DNA of 64,000 nt from Raillietiella orientalis (Eukaryota). Below the pieces are notes generated by a model. The model saw only the letters and a list, made by a program, of their open reading frames with translations, was not told the origin of the DNA and searched no databases. The translations under genes were made by a program, and so were the position numbers. Positions 58,827 through 64,000 of the stretch are shown here, piece by piece (the stretch's first letter is position 1; each line of letters begins with the position of its first letter). The DNA lies in NCBI GenBank assembly GCA_036172245.1, contig JAYWIR010000111.1, positions 1 to 64,000 of the forward strand, written 5' to 3'.

Positions 58827-61628
58827 TTTCCTGTGCGCTAACTCGACGGTGCGGGATGCTGATTCCGCTTTCACTGGATTCTGCACGGCTGCGAAGAGCT
58901 CAAATTCGCATCTTTTGTAGAGTAGATTGGATTCGTGTGCCAACTGCTTCTCAGGATCGTCTTCTAATTTTTCTACTGCCCAACTCTTCTTTAAAGATCA
59001 CTCTTTTAGGCACATGGCAAGGATGCCTCCAAACGAGAACTGGTGATCTCAGAAGGACAGAAATTTCTACGAGCGAGTAGTGCGCATCACGAGGATAGAA
59101 GCTTCAGTAAAGGTCGAGAATTGCAGGTCACAAAGAGTCGGTACCCAAGAAGTACGCATTTTTCTTGGATGCAACCGAGAAAAAAAAACGTTTCGCATCC
59201 GCGTTGACAGGATGCTGGATGGAGCATCCAGACACGAATCACGATGCAGCGTCATCACCTGTGACGTAAGTTTGCCACAGCTTCGAAGTTTCCGATCATT
59301 TATTCTTTGGTCCCGGCACGCATGGGCTGGAGGTTTTTTTTCATCTGCAGTCAGTAAACAAGGCACGACTTGGATATGAGCACCGACAGATGTTCGCCGC
59401 GGTTCTGTTCAGAGCTTGAAAGAAAAAAAAGTGCTCCGTATACCAGGCATGGTCATTGCTTGTTCCAGCAAAGCATCGAAGGAACAAAGAAGAGATCGTC
59501 GCCTGGAAGAAATTCAACTGCTTTTGCCTGCAATGGATAATGACGCGACATCCAGCTTAGCTGATCGGTCATTTAATAGCAGTCCGGAGTAGGTGCAACA
59601 TTTTTTCTTGGTCTGGATGAGTTTAAATATCAGTCGGAAATGGCGATGCTGGGTATCATCTACTGACTACCCACTGACGATAAAAATTTAATGTAACTTC
59701 ACCCAATCTAGCAGCGCGGCTGCTATTTCTGATTCGTCTAATTACAATCCATTTACGTGTAATCCCTACATTCCTTTCGAGTTTTCATAGGCCATAGCAA
59801 GAATATATATCAGGCCAAAAAAGATCGATGATACCGGATTAGATCGCGCCTATTTACGCTCATGGTCATTATCAGGAGAAGGAGCTCTTCGAAATGAGGA
59901 GGAATTTTTTTCCTGAAATGATCACCGTGTAAGTATTGGACTAAGATATGTAGTGCTTTCGGTTCTCTTAACCTGCTTCCTTTGCATCAAAAGATTTACG
60001 CTGAAATCGATGTACAAGGATTCTTTCTTTCACTCAGCTCACATAAAGAAAAGTAGGTGTTTCTCTGCATAAAATCCTACATAGAGTCTCTGAAGAATCA
60101 TCTCTGTGGAATTACGTAAGGCACACGTGTCATCTAGAACAATCCAACCCACAACTGTTTATGTTTTACGAGACTGCAGACGATGGCAGTACTACCGCTG
60201 GCAAACACCGGGTGATGATCTCCAGAATATTTTGCTCTTTTTCGGTAGATTATGCATTTTTTCAAAATGCAAAGGTATTTCTCACTGACTCCTCATCAAC
60301 GGGCTTTTCGACTTGCTCTCAAGCGAGATTCTCTCATTCTGTAGAGACGACCTATGAAACGAAAGAGAGCGTTTTACTGATGTCTTTTAAGCATGTTCTT
60401 AGCAAGAATTGCGGAATCTTTTTTTCAACGTTTCTCAACTCTCGCGTCGGTGATGGAACAACGCTCTGAGAAGCATTTGATTCCAATTGGTATCGTACTT
60501 TAGATACACAGAGTTGCAAATACTCACGCAGCTATTAAACCATAACAAAAACTCCAGTAGAATCTGAAGTTTAAAAACTCACAGTGGCCTGTAGCCCTTT
60601 GTTCATACCGCCGTTCCGAAGACAGTCTTCTGATAACCCTTCGATTTCGAGTTGGCGCTCGTCTTACTCGTGAAGCAAGCCGAATGCGTCAGACCAGGTG
60701 TACCGGGATCATTCGGAGTGCTCACGTTTCGGATATTTTGAAGACTCCAACCCGGGAAAGGAAGGGAAGGGCTGAATGAACTTCCTGGTCGACCACGACA
60801 TAAGTGGTTATAAAAACATTCTTCTCCTTTTGCTCCGTCTTTTAGCTTCCCTCTTTACGAAAACATCGACGGAAAGTTGACGGCACGCATCGTCGCCATT
60901 CTTTGCGCGCACGGAGTTATAGCACGCTGGAGCGTATTGTCGCCGTCCGCTTTCCGACTTCCTGGTAGAAAACCTGGCGCGCACGCGTTTTCGCGCTACT
61001 CCCCGGAAAGAAAGTGTGTAAGAAAAGAGAAGGAAGAAGAAAGGGAATGAAACAATGAAAGAATCTTCAAATCCTATTGCTTGAATGCGTAAGAAAAGAG
61101 CAAGGTATGATTAGGAAGAAGAAAGTTTTTCCTGGAGGAGAGGAAAGGGCAACAAAGCATAATGACCTTCAAGGTTTGAACAGTTTCATGGTAGACCTTA
61201 GGATGAAGTGATGTGAAGCGTTAGTATCCCAGGAACTCTACCCAAATGTGAAGGGAGGGCGACGCATTCCTCGCATCACCGCATCCTTGGCGTCTTTTCG
61301 GCACCGCCACCGAGTCTCGGCTTCCTGGGTGTCTGAGAATGCGCCGCGCTTGTGCCATTAAAAACGCGGAGACGCGCAGCTGCTTACGATCTTGTCTCTC
61401 ACGACAGTTGTTCATCGTGCACTCTTCCCGCACGCAAGACACTCTGAGATTACGGAGCAGCCGGCGGAGACCCAAAAATTTCCGGCACAAAGAAACACAT
61501 CAAAGCGTTCGCAGCAGCAGCAGCCCTTCAACAAATCTGGCAGGATCCGGAATCCTGGTCTTTCTGCACCACTGATGAAAGCGTGTGTTGCATGGCATGG
61601 TGCCTTGAGGGATTACGGGGCCGAGTCG

Positions 61629-64000
61629 TGCCCATCCAGCTGTCGGGGTTCTGCATCATTACCGTGTTCGGGAACTTTATCCTCTCCTTTCTGCGTTCTC
61701 GAACGACGACTTTCTTTTTTCTAGCGTTTTTCCCTGCCAAGTCTCTTCTTCCTCTTTTGATCTCGATCGAGTTCTCTCTACTCTCGAAGGTTTCTCCGTA
61801 TTTCTTTAGTTCCGATTTGTTCCTTCAAAAGGGAATGCGCCGTCATCGCGGAACGAAGCACGCGCTTTTCTTTAAGAGAATCTTGAACTAAGCATCCGGA
61901 ACGGGCGTTCTCTTTTAGGCCAGAATTGGCAGTTTGTAGGAGATCTTCTTCTCCCTCGCCAACAGCATGCTGCTTGCGCTCAAAAACAGCAGCATGGGGG
62001 GTGCAGAGGACAACAAATGGACTGACAACTGGTCCACGGAGGAAGCTTGGCGTATCTTGTTTCTCAACTGTCACGCGATGCAACTCGTGCTTGCGGTTAA
62101 AGCTACCATGTGACTCACTTCATGGAAGACTCCGTCCCATTCAGTGAACGCTTCCCTCCACAGCTTCTGCATTTAAACAGCGATCGCAGTTCAAAAAGCG
62201 TAATCCCGTAATTCCCGCAAATTCTGCTTGAAAGTTGACGGCCTTCATGTAAGTTCCGTGCACTTCCACTCTCTACATAATCATCCTACTTGCAAGAGAA
62301 ATTCCGCATACTTGTGTTGGATAGCAGACGACGCAGCTGAGAAGGATGCACCTTATTATTGATATGAATTTTCCGAGAATTCCGAGAAGCGAACTCAACT
62401 CGTTTGGGACGTACGTATTGGGAACTTTGCGAAAGTCTGATAGTATGTCTTCGTTCAAGAAAATCTTCTCTCGTGCATCGCTCAGTCGACTAGCATCATT
62501 CACGCATCGCAGCCCCAGTAAGCAGCAAAACGGCTGCGATTTCCCATTGCTGTTTGTTGGTCTTTCAATTTCCCTTGTTCCTGTGGACATGTAGTTGTCG
62601 ATCCCGACATGCCAGGTCCTTTTTTCCTACGATACGGAGATCGTTCGCTTTGCATCATTTGATTTGCAGGTATTTCTTGTGAGTAGCAACTGTGGCAACA
62701 GCAATCGGTGGTAGAATTTTCGGTTGACCGCAAGTGTTTCTTTGCCGTTTTGCCGCGCGGATCGGTAGGCCGCATTGATCCGTGCCTTTATACAGCGTTT
62801 TGCCGATCATCGTAAACGGAGCTTTGTAGCGCTGCTTCGCTGCTCTGAGTTGCAGCTAACGTTCGTGCAGCTGTTCGTCCTTTAGGATTGCATCACCGAT
62901 ACTGCGATGCGATGCTTCCCAGAGCGATGAGTGTTCTACACATTTGACTCGCGCCGTTCCAAGTGTTCACCCTGGCTGGTATTGGTTGGCAATGTGCGTA
63001 AGTCGGTATAAATGCTGGAGAAGGTTCGAGCCTCTCTTGAGTGCAGCGCTCCAGAAACGACTCGCCCAGTGTGAAGTTCTGGAAGGCAGCAGCATGCTGT
63101 GGCGCATCGTTTTCACCATCGTAAGCAGCATTCTTTGAGACAGGCATTGCATCCCTGGTCGGAGCACGTTTCCTCCTCATGCGTGCGGCTTCTTGTATCG
63201 GGCGTCGCACTGTCTACTTTCATCGTGCAACTTAGGGAAATGGAGCGTTTCTTTAGCTCTCGGTTCGTTGGCATGCCGATTGCGGAAGGATGTAGTCTGG
63301 TTGCCTGTAGGTCGCGCGCGTTGCTTCTCCGTGGATGCTTCCGTCGAAGCGCAACATCGTTTCCGCGTGCGTTCATCGCGCCGCATAACAGAATTTTTCC
63401 AATCTGTGCTGAGTTTCTCGATGGAGTTGAGCTTCGTGGTACGTTCTAAAGAAGTGATTGCTTCTTTACGCGTCTGGAACGTGGAGTTGCGTGTTTGTTG
63501 CAGTTACGTGTGCTCCGAAGTTCAGACATGGTCAACTTACTCTTTGCGGAATCTGCGTGACTGCGCAGTGTCCCTTTTCTGACCATGCTCGTTTCCGCGG
63601 CAACCCTGCTTGCAGGTCACTGAAGGCTTTTTGCGTTGACTTGAATAAATTTGGATGCGGAGTCGCGGATCCAGTGAACGTAAGCTGCGACCCTGAGAGG
63701 GGCAAGAGCCTGCTTGGCATTGTTCCGTCTATCGATCGCGCTTGCATACGGGTGGTGAGTCTGCATACTTGAAAAGTAATGCTTTCGTCCTCCCTTTTTA
63801 AGTTTCTATGCATTTAATGTCGCATTGCTTTCGTGTGTTGTCTCCTTTTCAAATGAAGGCATCCGGGTTTTTTTTTCCTGTCGTTTTCTGCGAATTTCGA
63901 CGACGTTCAACGAATGTTTTCGTGTTTCTCATGTTCAATGAGGTTCCCGATGGAATGCCCATTGGATGTTTACAGTTGCATGGAATGCGCTCAACCGAAA
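61629..64000 (-). repeat. Right arm of the inverted repeat, truncated by the window end
   Basis: Position 64000 pairs with 56460 (TTTCGGTTGAGCGCATTCC) and 61629 pairs with 58826 (CAGCTGGATGGGCA). Confidence 0.95.

Noticed and set aside
58827..61628. Transposase or other gene in the inverted-repeat spacer
   Set aside because: Only short ORFs without recognisable motifs are present. A possible minus-strand exon near 60180-60350 has several stops.

Overview
Eukaryotic genomic DNA. Positions 1 to about 54,500 are almost entirely a nested cluster of non-LTR retrotransposons of the L1/Tx1 type. ORF1 is gag-like with CCHC knuckles. ORF2 carries an APE endonuclease, a reverse transcriptase (YADD) and a C-terminal CCHC finger. 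About 20 copies or fragments from several diverged subfamilies sit inside one another in both orientations, and most are pseudogenised. The nesting can be resolved by hand from target-site duplications (TSDs) and is not random. Each subfamily recurs at one homologous position inside a conserved coding motif of related elements (RT K-A-F-D, post-APE P-G-F-G, C-terminal H-x-T-R-G, plus single hits at APE Y-A-P and G-D-F-N), mostly antisense. The elements lack poly(A) tails. They end in AATAAA, a CCCGG-loop-CCGGG hairpin and a short subfamily-specific tail. They also share a covarying 3' UTR structure, a 5' GGACGTGTT motif and a TAA-overlapping ORF2 start (ATG, ACG or ACA). Beyond 54.5 kb the DNA is more AT-rich, with three in-frame exons of an unidentified gene (minus strand) and a large inverted repeat (arms of at least 2.37 kb) running off the window end. 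Element letters A-I are my own labels. The organism cannot be identified from the sequence.
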